Shown piece after piece: positions 10,791 to 20,112 of a stretch of 64,000 bases of DNA. The position numbers and the translations under genes were made by a program. Within the stretch, counting starts at the first letter, position 1; every line of letters begins with the position of its first letter. The stretch spans positions 1 to 64,000 of the IMG/VR virus record IMGVR_UViG_3300008117_000011; one strand, 5' to 3'. Below the pieces are notes generated by a model that was given only the letters and a program-made list of their open reading frames with translations, searched no databases and had not been told where the DNA came from.

Positions 10791-11327
10791 ATGAAAAGAA
10801 TTAGATTATCAGAAAATGATCTTGTCAAGGTGATAAAGAAGGTTCTTAGCGAAAACGAGCAGCCAGAATCAAATAAAGGTAAAAAAGAACCACCAAAACC
10901 TAGATGTATTCCGGAAAACATAATCCCACTTGATGAAATTGTTGGTCAAGCCGATGAATATGTTAAATATTCCCCTGGAATCACAAAAAGAAGAATGGGT
11001 GTTAACTCAATGGTTGATACGTTAGGAATCTTAAACAACATTAGATTATTTAAAGATGTAAAAGATGGTGGATCTCATCTTGCTTATGATATAATGCATA
11101 ACTTAAATCGTTTTAGAAATAAAAACTACTACGATGAAACAAGTGGTGAATGTCATAAAGCTATGGATAAAATCATTGAACTTTACAAAGAAAACGAACA
11201 CGGAACAGAACTTGTTAAAGATATTGAAAGGATTTTGAATCTACAGACTAAGGATGACGAATACACTCCATCCCCAAGAGCTAAAGAGTATTTAAAACAA
11301 TGCGTTAACCTAGTTAAAGGACAATAA
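10791..11327 (+). CDS. Leader-tagged hypothetical protein
   Basis: MKRIRLSENDLVKVIKKVLSE leader. Confidence 0.8.
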   Translation: MKRIRLSENDLVKVIKKVLSENEQPESNKGKKEPPKPRCIPENIIPLDEIVGQADEYVKYSPGITKRRMGVNSMVDTLGILNNIRLFKDVKDGGSHLAYDIMHNLNRFRNKNYYDETSGECHKAMDKIIELYKENEHGTELVKDIERILNLQTKDDEYTPSPRAKEYLKQCVNLVKGQ

Positions 11328-11363
11328 GAGTTTATTTAGGACCGTTGTCGTTAAGGCAACGAA

Positions 11364-11402
11364 CAAAAAGGGACAATTCGCTACTGTCCCTTTTCTTTTT
11401 TT
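11364..11402. terminator. Intrinsic terminator
   Basis: AAAAGGGACA...TGTCCCTTTT hairpin with T-run. Confidence 0.65.
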
Positions 11403-11439
11403 AAAAAGTAAATATTTATTGATATAAAAAACAATAATT

Positions 11440-11676
11440 ATGAAAGGATTTTTTAGAGAAATGTTAACGGATGAACACGGAGTTGTATCAACAAAGAGAA
11501 TTTCTGGGTTGATTTGTACACTAGGACTTGTTTTAGCTCTAGTTATAAACACCTTTACTCACGGAGATATTAAACCGTCTGATGCTTTAGTTGACGCAGT
11601 TGCTTTACTTGCTTTTGGTTGTCTTGGATTGACCTCAATTGACAAGTTTACAAAGAACAAATTTAAAAAAGATTAA
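11440..11676 (+). CDS. Small two-TM membrane protein
   Basis: Two hydrophobic segments, basic C-terminal tail. Confidence 0.75.
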   Translation: MKGFFREMLTDEHGVVSTKRISGLICTLGLVLALVINTFTHGDIKPSDALVDAVALLAFGCLGLTSIDKFTKNKFKKD

Positions 11677-11742
11677 AAATTTACTGGAAAATTGTTTGCT
11701 AAACCCTCATTATGTGAGGGTTTTTTATTATATTTGTAAACT

Positions 11743-11898
11743 ATGAGTAAAAGTAAGTCAAATACCAAAGGAGAACAAAAGAAATACGAAAGAACTTTTG
11801 TTTATGATGATTGTATTATCATCTGGAAATACGATAATTACAAAGCAACCTCTGGACCATACGAAATTGAGGTTAAAAATACACCTAAAAAGGGGTAA
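11743..11898 (+). CDS. Small hypothetical protein, 51 aa
   Basis: MSKSKSNTKG...KKG read by hand; TATATTTG promoter just upstream. Confidence 0.6.
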   Translation: MSKSKSNTKGEQKKYERTFVYDDCIIIWKYDNYKATSGPYEIEVKNTPKKG

Positions 11899-11991
11899 TT
11901 TTATACCTAATATGGCCTAAAAACAAGGGTTTTATCGGTGTTTTTTAACAATAAAACCCATTATTTTAGGTTAAAAAAGAGTAAAAATGGG

Positions 11992-12240
11992 TTATTTTTT
12001 TGGTTTTTTACCCATAATATCCTGTAACATCTTGATTTGTTGCTTATATTCATCAATATTTGGCATTTTTTTACCAAAATTAGCCGAAAATGCGTCATTT
12101 TTACCAAAATTTACCATATTTCCCATATTTTTTATGGTTTTAAAGAGATCTCTACCATATTTTCTCCACCAAAGGTACATCATAAGGGTCATTGTACCCA
12201 AAATTAACGTAAAAACGATTAAAACGATTGTAAATAACAT
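11992..12240 (-). CDS. Single-TM membrane protein
   Basis: N-terminal hydrophobic helix. Confidence 0.7.
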   Translation of the reverse strand: MLFTIVLIVFTLILGTMTLMMYLWWRKYGRDLFKTIKNMGNMVNFGKNDAFSANFGKKMPNIDEYKQQIKMLQDIMGKKPKK

Positions 12241-12332
12241 AATTTTCTTGTATTTTACCTAAAAATATGGTAATTTATAGGAAAAGTCAAACAAATACTG
12301 ACATTTTATATAAATTGTACTATATTTTAGGT

Positions 12333-12611
12333 ATGAAACAGAAAAAAACACTCCAAAAGTTTCTAAATACCCAGTTAAGGCCGACTATTGAGTCATATTT
12401 TGGTAAAAATAGTAAAATTAACATAAATAATGTGTTTTATGTGAGAAAATCAGATTCATATGCTATAGATGTTACCTTACATACCGATAATTTGGAAAAA
12501 TTGGAGGATTTATACCCAGATGGTGTTAATTTATGTGTTCAAACAGCCTGGAAAGTAGTAGGATTGGGTAATTCTATAATAATTAAGTCATCTTTTGATT
12601 TAAATGAGTAA
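12333..12611 (+). CDS. Hypothetical protein
   Basis: Start re-called at MKQKKTLQKFLN. Confidence 0.65.
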   Translation: MKQKKTLQKFLNTQLRPTIESYFGKNSKININNVFYVRKSDSYAIDVTLHTDNLEKLEDLYPDGVNLCVQTAWKVVGLGNSIIIKSSFDLNE

Positions 12612-12665
12612 AAACACATTTACAAATACATATAAAAGAATTAAAATTGATTAAAACATTAAATT

Positions 12666-12962
12666 ATGAGTAAAGTTAACGCAAACAGCACGGTGACTGT
12701 TCATTACACCGGGAGATTAGATGATGGTTCTATCTTTGATTCTTCTTTAAATGAGGGTAGAGAACCATTAAAAGCAACTTTAGGTCAAGGACAGCTGATT
12801 CCTGGGTTTGAGTCCGGTCTTATTGATATGACTATTGGTGATAAAAAAACAATTGAAATCCCACATACTGAAGCATATGGGGATGTTGTTGATGATTTGT
12901 TTATTACAGTCCCAAAAACACAAGTTCCTGAAGGGGTTCAAGTAGGTGCCCTACTAGAATAA
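12666..12962 (+). CDS. FKBP-type peptidyl-prolyl isomerase (SlyD/SlpA family), C-terminally truncated
   Basis: VTVHYTGRLDDGSIFDSS...GQGQLIPGFE...EAYG; lacks the usual NHPLAGK C-terminal part. Confidence 0.85.
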   Translation: MSKVNANSTVTVHYTGRLDDGSIFDSSLNEGREPLKATLGQGQLIPGFESGLIDMTIGDKKTIEIPHTEAYGDVVDDLFITVPKTQVPEGVQVGALLE

Positions 12963-12993
12963 AAAAAAGGAGGTTTTAAACCTCCTTTTTTTT
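12961..12993. terminator. Bidirectional intrinsic terminator
   Basis: A-run-GGAGGTTTTAAACCTCC-T-run between convergent genes. Confidence 0.8.
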
Positions 12994-13003
12994 ATTTATG
13001 TGT

Positions 13004-13723
13004 TTATCCTAATGTTTGCATACAAGGAGACCCATCTTTACGGGTAGCACCTAACTTTAATTTTTCAATAGCGCTAGCGTACTTTGTAGAGTCAAGTTTA
13101 ATCCATTTTATACCTTTATCTTTAGATGCGTACCAATTATTATTTTTAAAGGCGTAAGTCCATTCTTTATCACCACTTAGCGTACAATGTTGGTTAGCTG
13201 GTATGACAATTTGGTTATCAACCACTGGTCTTTTCTTTAATTTTGTTCCGTCGCAAAATAAAGTCAAAATTGTTTTAACAAATCCTTCTGGTGACCCAAG
13301 AGCTACTAGTTTTTTATTGTTATGATACATTATTGTTCCTTTACCACCACTTTGCATTCCTGTAACATCACCACAAGTCATTGAAAATTTTCCGTCTAAC
13401 TTTTGTGTTAAAGTTTCATTTCCGCGAGTATAATCAATATGACCATCAAACATTATATGTTTGTCATCTGCAGCTGGTGATAAAATAGTACCGGTTGGGA
13501 TTTTAATTTTAATACCTTTCATATCACCAGTTAATGTTACTGGTTTGCCTTCAATTGTTGCTTTTTGTGTGAAATCATCAGCATCAGTACCAGCCAAGCT
13601 TAATGTTTGTGTATTTTTTAAAGTGTAAGTTCCGTCGGAATTTAACTTATAAGTCTGTTCTTCTATAACTCTTCTTACAATTCTTGTAAGATCTGTTTCT
13701 GTAAGTGTAATTATTCTTTTCAT
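13004..13723 (-). CDS. Leader-tagged hypothetical protein, paralogue of 16888-17550
   Basis: MKRIITLTETDLTRIVRRVIEEQ; shared C-terminal WIKLD..KYASAIEKL.LGATR.DGSPC. Confidence 0.8.
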   Translation of the reverse strand: MKRIITLTETDLTRIVRRVIEEQTYKLNSDGTYTLKNTQTLSLAGTDADDFTQKATIEGKPVTLTGDMKGIKIKIPTGTILSPAADDKHIMFDGHIDYTRGNETLTQKLDGKFSMTCGDVTGMQSGGKGTIMYHNNKKLVALGSPEGFVKTILTLFCDGTKLKKRPVVDNQIVIPANQHCTLSGDKEWTYAFKNNNWYASKDKGIKWIKLDSTKYASAIEKLKLGATRKDGSPCMQTLG

Positions 13724-13761
13724 TGATTTTTATTTATAAATATTGGGTTTATATTGAAAAT

Positions 13762-14319
13762 TTACATATTTTTAGTTAAGTTCTTTGTTTCTTCATATAT
13801 TATTTGAGGATATGTTTCTTTAACCCAAGTTGTAAGGTCCTGGAATGTTTTAAAATTCATTGGTGTATCAATATAACTTTTAAAATCTATATTATAGTTT
13901 TTAACATCTTCTGTTTTATTATTATGTACGTATTTATCGCTAATTTCAATTGGTAACATTTCATCTCCTTCAAGAAAAGGTGTTGCATAACCATAATACG
14001 AAATCATTTCTTTGTCAGTAAAAACGTTTATCTCAATAGTTACGTAATAATTTCTATCACTACCAAAAACAATTTCAACGTTATCAAACATAAAATTAAC
14101 TTCAGTTAATTTATAACGAATTAAAAGAATAATAATATCACTAATTTTATCTACATCTAAATCAAAAACCTCTAAATCAACATCTTTTAGAATTTTATTA
14201 ATTCCAGTTAAGTTTAGATTAAATTTTTTCATAGTCTTAATAACCCCAATTTGATTAACTGAACTTATTATCATTTTTTGTGTTCTATTTATTTGTGATT
14301 CAGATAATATAACTTTCAT
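13762..14319 (-). CDS. Leader-tagged 'GYATP' family protein
   Basis: MKVILSESQ; YGYATPF shared with 33613 and 36537. Confidence 0.75.
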   Translation of the reverse strand: MKVILSESQINRTQKMIISSVNQIGVIKTMKKFNLNLTGINKILKDVDLEVFDLDVDKISDIIILLIRYKLTEVNFMFDNVEIVFGSDRNYYVTIEINVFTDKEMISYYGYATPFLEGDEMLPIEISDKYVHNNKTEDVKNYNIDFKSYIDTPMNFKTFQDLTTWVKETYPQIIYEETKNLTKNM

Positions 14320-14325
14320 AAAAAA

Positions 14326-14868
14326 TTAATTGTCTTCCGGTCTAGCCTGTGGTCTAAATTTATCAATTCTATTTTTAAAAGTTGTATGTGTTTTTAATAA
14401 CTCTTGATAATAACTAAGAAAATCGTCAAATAAATCATTAACTAACTTGGTTACTTTATTTATAACTTGTTTTTTATTTAAGTCTTCATCCCCAAATCGT
14501 AAAAGCGGTCTTGTTCTGTTTGTAAAAGATTTTAATTTATCAATTAAAATTTCACCTTTTTCTATTGTTAGTTTTTCAGAAAAGTCATTTAAGACAATCT
14601 CCATAATTTTAACTATTTCACCAATAAGATCGTTTGCTGCGGTTATATTTTCTTTTAAATCAACACTAGAAATGTCACCATCATTTAACATAATACGCAT
14701 TCCTTGTAAAACTTTAAGTAAGTCCTTTCCAGTTTCGTGAAGTAGTATCATTGAATGTCCTCCATGCATAATCATTGTATCAATGTCGTCATACCCAGAT
14801 ACCGCTTCGGCAATTAATTTTGCTAGTCTTTCTAGCTGACTTTCAGAAATTATAATTTTTTTTCCCAT
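14326..14868 (-). CDS. Leader-tagged helical hypothetical protein
   Basis: MGKKIIISESQLERLAKLIAE. Confidence 0.75.
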   Translation of the reverse strand: MGKKIIISESQLERLAKLIAEAVSGYDDIDTMIMHGGHSMILLHETGKDLLKVLQGMRIMLNDGDISSVDLKENITAANDLIGEIVKIMEIVLNDFSEKLTIEKGEILIDKLKSFTNRTRPLLRFGDEDLNKKQVINKVTKLVNDLFDDFLSYYQELLKTHTTFKNRIDKFRPQARPEDN

Positions 14869-14871
14869 AAT

Positions 14872-14985
14872 TTATTTTTTTAATTCTTTTGTATACTTGT
14901 TAAGTAACTCAACATTATTTTTAAGTCTTTTAAGAAATTTTTTTAAGTTTCTTTTGTTTCTTGGTTTTGATTCTTTTTTTTTCAT
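14872..14985 (-). CDS. Very basic 37 aa peptide
   Basis: MKKKESKPRNKRNLKKFLKRLK...; fills gap between genes; TATTTAT upstream. Confidence 0.5.
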   Translation of the reverse strand: MKKKESKPRNKRNLKKFLKRLKNNVELLNKYTKELKK

Positions 14986-14986
14986 A

Positions 14987-15505
14987 TTAATAAATACTTT
15001 CTACCATCTCATTAAGTTTATCAAAATCAACTTTTGGTTGCCAGTAAGAAATTTCCGTTTTAACTGGTTCTTTTTCGTTTTGCCATCTTTTTGCACCTTC
15101 TAAACTCATTGATACCGCTTTTTCTAATTGATCATCTGAATAACCTTCAAATATTGAATACCTCATATAATCTGGTAAGTGTGAGTAAAAACTATTCATA
15201 TGTTTTATAAATTCCGCATTATAATCTGACGAATAGTTTTCATCTGCTGATCCATCAACATATCTCATTAAATAATACCCCTCCTGCTCTAATATCTCCC
15301 ATAATGATTTATTTACAATATAATTTTTTGGGAATGGTGCTCCGGATTTATAAAATTTAACTAAGTCAAACTCAATATCAAAAGATAAAAAAGTTCCATA
15401 TCTTTCAAAAGCTTCAAAATTAGGTTTGAGTCCAGTTACAAATGGATACTTTTTTTTGATGTGGTTTAAAAGTAACTTGAAGCCGGCTTTTTTATATTTA
15501 TCCAT
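14987..15505 (-). CDS. Hypothetical protein
   Basis: 172 aa; IKKKYPFV motif similar to 20913. Confidence 0.75.
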   Translation of the reverse strand: MDKYKKAGFKLLLNHIKKKYPFVTGLKPNFEAFERYGTFLSFDIEFDLVKFYKSGAPFPKNYIVNKSLWEILEQEGYYLMRYVDGSADENYSSDYNAEFIKHMNSFYSHLPDYMRYSIFEGYSDDQLEKAVSMSLEGAKRWQNEKEPVKTEISYWQPKVDFDKLNEMVESIY

Positions 15506-15507
15506 AA

Positions 15508-15729
15508 TTAATCAATATCTATAATACCGATAATTTCTTGATCTTCCGGTAGGTTATCTTTAAATGATTCAAAATCAACTTCAGAGTCAAAAGTCATCAT
15601 TTTTGATTCATAAACTGGTTCTAAATTATCTTCGTGTGTGATTTTAAAGGCAATACCTTTTTTTATTTTATCCGAGTTCTCAGATAAAATATATTTAAGT
15701 TGACCTTCAGTGATAATATAATTTTTCAT
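15508..15729 (-). CDS. Leader-tagged small protein
   Basis: MKNYIITEGQLKYILSE. Confidence 0.75.
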   Translation of the reverse strand: MKNYIITEGQLKYILSENSDKIKKGIAFKITHEDNLEPVYESKMMTFDSEVDFESFKDNLPEDQEIIGIIDID

Positions 15730-15734
15730 ATAAA

Positions 15735-16025
15735 TTAAAAATCGTCTCCAGGTAGATTTTTATTTTTTGCCTTATCTAGATATTCATATGCTTTATCACC
15801 ATAGATTTCATATAGTCTGGCAAATATTTTTGCTGGACTTTTTCTCATATACCTTAAAACATCAATTGGAATGTAGGCACCATATTTTTGACCAAACACT
15901 TGTTTTACATCCTTTTCCCTTGATTGTGTTGGTATTTGTGGTTCAACAGAGTATTCGTTCTCCTTAACAATTTTTTCTATTAGGTTTATCAATTCAGATT
16001 CCGTTAGTCGTATTTGTTTTTTCAT
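15735..16025 (-). CDS. Leader-tagged small protein
   Basis: MKKQIRLTESELINLIEKIVKE. Confidence 0.8.
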   Translation of the reverse strand: MKKQIRLTESELINLIEKIVKENEYSVEPQIPTQSREKDVKQVFGQKYGAYIPIDVLRYMRKSPAKIFARLYEIYGDKAYEYLDKAKNKNLPGDDF

Positions 16026-16061
16026 TACTAGAGTTTTAATATAAATATCTAGTAAATAGAA

Positions 16062-16358
16062 TTACAAACCTTCAAATGTGATATAATCACTTAAATCCAT
16101 ATTGAATTTTGTTTCAACAACCCTAGTTGTTAGTCTATATAAAAGTTCTAACTCTATAAATCCAAATGTATTTGTAATTAAATCTAATAACATAGGACTT
16201 ATTCTATAGATTTTAACCCAACTATCAAATATAAATAATTGTCCTTCATTCCCAACTTTAATTATTTTAACATCTTTGATTATGTCAATGTCGGTAATTC
16301 TTGAATTTTTAAATATGTTATTAAGAAACTTCTGAATACTTTCTTCTTGATTAATCAT
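16062..16358 (-). CDS. Hypothetical protein
   Basis: 98 aa, ATGA-coupled. Confidence 0.6.
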   Translation of the reverse strand: MINQEESIQKFLNNIFKNSRITDIDIIKDVKIIKVGNEGQLFIFDSWVKIYRISPMLLDLITNTFGFIELELLYRLTTRVVETKFNMDLSDYITFEGL

Positions 16359-16597
16359 AGATTAAATAATTTATTCATATCGTAAGTATAAAGAAAATAA
16401 TTCATTTTTCTATTCCTCTTAACCTCACAGTCATCATACCCATTAATATATGCTCTATTAACAATGTCTTCTTCCATTTTTTTTAGTGTCTCAACCTCGG
16501 ATCTTAATTTATTCACATACTCAAGAGTCTCTGGAGAAAGATTATCCTCTTTTGATTTATCTAAAATATTAAAAAGTTTTTTTGTAACTGTTCCCAT
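16355..16597 (-). CDS. Hypothetical protein
   Basis: Start re-called at MGTVTKK; EEDIVNRAYINGY motif. Confidence 0.6.
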   Translation of the reverse strand: MGTVTKKLFNILDKSKEDNLSPETLEYVNKLRSEVETLKKMEEDIVNRAYINGYDDCEVKRNRKMNYFLYTYDMNKLFNL

Positions 16598-16602
16598 ATC
16601 AA

Positions 16603-16824
16603 TTAAAAAATTTTTAACCATTTATCTTCAAAGTTAGGGTAATACAAAACAAAGTTTCTATGTCTTGTTATTAACTCGTTTAGATCTGTTGCAACAACAA
16701 TTGATGATATAATTAAAAGTAAAATATCATTATTAATAAACGATAATATCATAACTGGGATAAAGATGTAAAGTAAGAATAAATCTAATAGAAATATTGC
16801 AAAATATTGATATAGTGTTTTCAT
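16603..16824 (-). CDS. Small membrane protein
   Basis: Two hydrophobic segments. Confidence 0.55.
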   Translation of the reverse strand: MKTLYQYFAIFLLDLFLLYIFIPVMILSFINNDILLLIISSIVVATDLNELITRHRNFVLYYPNFEDKWLKIF

Positions 16825-16854
16825 AAAATCAATTATATGAAATATTTTTTAAAT

Positions 16855-16888
16855 AAAAAACCCCTCCGGTTAGAGGGGATTGTTTTTT
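16855..16888 (-). terminator. Repeated intrinsic terminator CCCCTCCGGTTAGAGGGG (copy 1)
   Basis: Hairpin + T-run on minus strand; identical at 19681 and 21326, variants at 23675 and 25591. Confidence 0.8.
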
Positions 16889-17550
16889 TAACCTAAAGTT
16901 GGTGTACAAGGTGATCCATCACTACGTGTCGCACCTAATTCTAATTTTTCAATAGCACTAGCGTACTTAATTGGGTCTAATTTAATCCAATTTATTAAAT
17001 CTCTTTTGGTTGCGTACCAATCACTTCCAACTCTACCGTAAAACCATTTACTATCACCACCTAACATACAATATTTATCTTTTGGTATTTTTACTTTATC
17101 ATCAGTAATTGTTTTGTCTGTCAAATCTTCCCAAGGTTTTATTGTTGTACCATTACAGAAAGTTTTTTTCAAAAATGACATTAAACCATTTGATCCTGGA
17201 GTTATATTTTCGTGATATTGCTTATCTTCAATATAAAATTCATCTTTATCACAATACATAATAGCTTCATTATATATTTTACGCTCACCTTTTTTTACTT
17301 CACTAAAGAATACACCATTTTCTGGGTTGTTATTTTTAAAGTCTCTGTAAACTTTACTTCCCTTTGGTAGTGTATACTGTTTAGGTTCGTAAAATTCGCC
17401 AGCTCTTCTATCAACAACGTGGTCTCTAGTTAAAGTGTAAGTACCTTTTGTTTTATCAAATTGTTCACTAACAACTTTATTTTGGGGATAATATTTTGAT
17501 AATATTTCCTGTTTTTCTTTTTCTTCAATTAAAATTCTTTTGTAGCTCAT
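16888..17550 (-). CDS. Leader-tagged hypothetical protein, paralogue of 13004-13723
   Basis: MSYKRILIEEKEKQEIL...VSEQ; shared C-terminus. Confidence 0.8.
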   Translation of the reverse strand: MSYKRILIEEKEKQEILSKYYPQNKVVSEQFDKTKGTYTLTRDHVVDRRAGEFYEPKQYTLPKGSKVYRDFKNNNPENGVFFSEVKKGERKIYNEAIMYCDKDEFYIEDKQYHENITPGSNGLMSFLKKTFCNGTTIKPWEDLTDKTITDDKVKIPKDKYCMLGGDSKWFYGRVGSDWYATKRDLINWIKLDPIKYASAIEKLELGATRSDGSPCTPTLG

Positions 17551-17572
17551 AACATTTATAAATATTTAACTT

Positions 17573-18151
17573 TTATAAAAAATTCTTTTCAAGGTAATTC
17601 TTTAAATTAGCTTTCGCTTTAAATAGATTTGATTTAGACGTTCCGGTTGATATTCCAAGTTTTTTAGCAATTTCATCGTGTGTTAAATCATCAAAATAAT
17701 ATAACTCTAAAACTTTTTTATACATTGGTGATAGTGTGTCTATTGCATCTCTAATATCTTTTTCTGAATATTGACCCATAAATAAATCGTCATATTCTTC
17801 ATCCTTTGGATTGTATTTTGAAAAATCAAAATCTTTGACCTGTTTTTTATTTTTTTCTTTTCTTAATTCATCCAAAATATGATTTCTTATTACCATTGAT
17901 ACCCAACCGGCAACATTTTCACCTCTAAATTGATCAAATTTTTGATAAGCTTTAATAAACCCTGTTTGACAAAAATCTTGTGCTTTTTCATAATCACCAT
18001 CAGAATATTTTAAACAAACTGATTTTAACATTTTATCATAAAGTTCATTGTATATTTTATTAAAATTATGTTCTATTAAAATATTTTGTACTTTAGATTC
18101 TTTAATGTCAACAATTCTACTATATTGTGATTCGGTAATAATTATTTTCAT
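17573..18151 (-). CDS. ECF-type sigma-70 family RNA polymerase sigma factor with N-terminal leader
   Basis: Region 2 (AQDFCQTGFIKAY...GWVSMVIRNHILDELRK) and region 4 (LTHDEIAKKLGISTGTSKSNLFKAK). Confidence 0.9.
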   Translation of the reverse strand: MKIIITESQYSRIVDIKESKVQNILIEHNFNKIYNELYDKMLKSVCLKYSDGDYEKAQDFCQTGFIKAYQKFDQFRGENVAGWVSMVIRNHILDELRKEKNKKQVKDFDFSKYNPKDEEYDDLFMGQYSEKDIRDAIDTLSPMYKKVLELYYFDDLTHDEIAKKLGISTGTSKSNLFKAKANLKNYLEKNFL

Positions 18152-18188
18152 ATTTTATAAATATCCAAAAATTGTAAAATGATTGTTT

Positions 18189-19295
18189 TTACAAATCAAA
18201 AAATTCATTCATTAATCTTTTTGTTTCCGTCCAGTCTGGGTAATCCGGGAAACGCACATCTATCTGTTCAAAAACACCATTATAAAATAATTCGTTCATC
18301 ATTTCGGTATAACTCCCAATATACTCTAAAGTGTGAATGTAATAACCTTCTTGATTCTCTAAAAAAACTTTAACATCATATTTAAAATCTTTAATTCTTA
18401 TATAGGGAATATATCTTACCTTATCATTAACTTTAAATGGTTTTTCGTCAATTTTTGAACTAAAAAATTCTTCAAGACCATCATACACAGTTCTATAAAT
18501 TTCATCTTCGTAAGCTGAGTTTTCAGCGTTCCAGTAAAGATGTACAAGTTCACTATTTAATTCATCCAATTCTCCATTTAATAATTCATTTAAAGCTTTC
18601 TCATTTATAAAAAGTTCCATAACATTTTCATTTGTAATTTCAAATGTATTTTCAGTTCCCTGCTTTTCTGAAAGTTCTTTAAAAAATGAAGATGTATAAT
18701 CAAACGTTGACAATTTAACATTTCCAATTTCTTTAACAATTCTTTGACCTAGACGCTCAAGATTTACTTTATTTAAATTACTTATTACATCATCAAATAC
18801 ATTTACATTACTATCAAAATACCAATCGTGACTTAAACCGTGTTCACCAAATATTTTTTCAGCAATATATCTTGGACTTACATCTCTTCCGCGACTTTCT
18901 AAAAAATATTTGGCAAGTTCATCTCTATCTGTAAGTTTAAGCCAGTACCCATCATCTCTTATTTCAACATCATTTAATAAATTATTTGCAATAAAATTAA
19001 GAGTCTCAGTTGGATTTTTATCTAACCCCCAAAGTAAGTAACTATTTTTTACCTCATCTTCTAGTGGGTCATAATTCATATTTTTTAAAAAACCATTCTC
19101 AGATAAAAAATCCCAAAGTTCCGGATCATCGTTAAGTGCTTCAACTCTTAAATGTTCAATATCTACTTCGTCCTGTAAGTTATATTTAATAACCACTTTT
19201 AGGAAATTACGCAGCTTTACAAAGACTTTAATTAATCTTTCGTAGTCATCGTTATCTCCCTGGAAATCTTCTATGTATTGTCTTATATTTGCCAT
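18189..19295 (-). CDS. Acidic hypothetical protein, 368 aa
   Basis: Long ORF. Confidence 0.8.
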   Translation of the reverse strand: MANIRQYIEDFQGDNDDYERLIKVFVKLRNFLKVVIKYNLQDEVDIEHLRVEALNDDPELWDFLSENGFLKNMNYDPLEDEVKNSYLLWGLDKNPTETLNFIANNLLNDVEIRDDGYWLKLTDRDELAKYFLESRGRDVSPRYIAEKIFGEHGLSHDWYFDSNVNVFDDVISNLNKVNLERLGQRIVKEIGNVKLSTFDYTSSFFKELSEKQGTENTFEITNENVMELFINEKALNELLNGELDELNSELVHLYWNAENSAYEDEIYRTVYDGLEEFFSSKIDEKPFKVNDKVRYIPYIRIKDFKYDVKVFLENQEGYYIHTLEYIGSYTEMMNELFYNGVFEQIDVRFPDYPDWTETKRLMNEFFDL

Positions 19296-19301
19296 TACTA
19301 A

Positions 19302-19652
19302 TTACTCAACATCCAATAAAAATTCTGATAAGTCATCATCGTAATTTTCGGTACACTCCTCTTCTTTAATTAATCTATAAAAGTTATCTCTAATATAATC
19401 TAAAAAATTATGACGAACCCATTTATGTATTAGACTTGTTGTGTTATTTATTTCATCAGCCGAATCCTCAACTTCAATTCCAAAATCCTCTCTATTGTCA
19501 GAGACAAGCCAGCATACTTCGGTTACAAATTCCGCTAATGTAAAATCGCAAATATGAGATTTAAGTTCCTCAAATGTTTCGTCAATTACGTTTTGAATTT
19601 GTGTAAACCTACGGATTAATTCCTTTTGTGATTCGGAGATAATAATTTTCAT
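19302..19652 (-). CDS. Leader-tagged 'IRR' helical family protein
   Basis: Start re-called at MKIIISESQKELIRRF; TATTTAT-N4-ATG. Confidence 0.8.
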   Translation of the reverse strand: MKIIISESQKELIRRFTQIQNVIDETFEELKSHICDFTLAEFVTEVCWLVSDNREDFGIEVEDSADEINNTTSLIHKWVRHNFLDYIRDNFYRLIKEEECTENYDDDLSEFLLDVE

Positions 19653-19674
19653 ATAGATAAATACTTTATAAAAC

Positions 19675-19706
19675 AAAAAACCCCTCCGGTTAGAGGGGAT
19701 TGTTTT
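19675..19706 (-). terminator. Repeated intrinsic terminator (copy 2)
   Basis: Identical to the 16855 copy. Confidence 0.8.
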
Positions 19707-20068
19707 TAAGATCCTGGTAGTAGACTCATCATTATTACATCACCAACCCTAAAGCCATTTTTACTTTTTAAATCACATTGTGGATTCATAGTTTTTAAAG
19801 CTTCCTTTTGATCTATCTTCTCATAGACGTGACTTAACGTATCGCCTTGTTTTATTCTATATAATTCAATGTTGTGGTTTCCAGTATTTTTAATTTCTTT
19901 TATTAAATCAGAGTCTGAAAAACAATATTTACCACCTTGACCTGGTTTTGTAATTGATTTTTTATTCATAGCCATACTTTTAGCTTTTGAATCTGTTGGC
20001 TGTTCACTTATAACTCTTTTAACAATACGAACAAGGTCCGATTCTGTAAGTCTTATTACTTTTTTCAT
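19706..20068 (-). CDS. Leader-tagged LysM-domain protein
   Basis: YRIKQGDTLSHVY...MNP...FRVGDVI; MKKVIRLTESDLVRIVKRVISEQ leader. Confidence 0.7.
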   Translation of the reverse strand: MKKVIRLTESDLVRIVKRVISEQPTDSKAKSMAMNKKSITKPGQGGKYCFSDSDLIKEIKNTGNHNIELYRIKQGDTLSHVYEKIDQKEALKTMNPQCDLKSKNGFRVGDVIMMSLLPGS

Positions 20069-20112
20069 AAATTTTTTAATTAAAAATTATCACCAAAAAG
20101 GTTTTCATTTCT

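Noticed and set aside
13004-17550. Diversity-generating retroelement TR/VR pair
   Set aside because: Both copies are coding, differences are not limited to adenines, and no reverse transcriptase is in the window.
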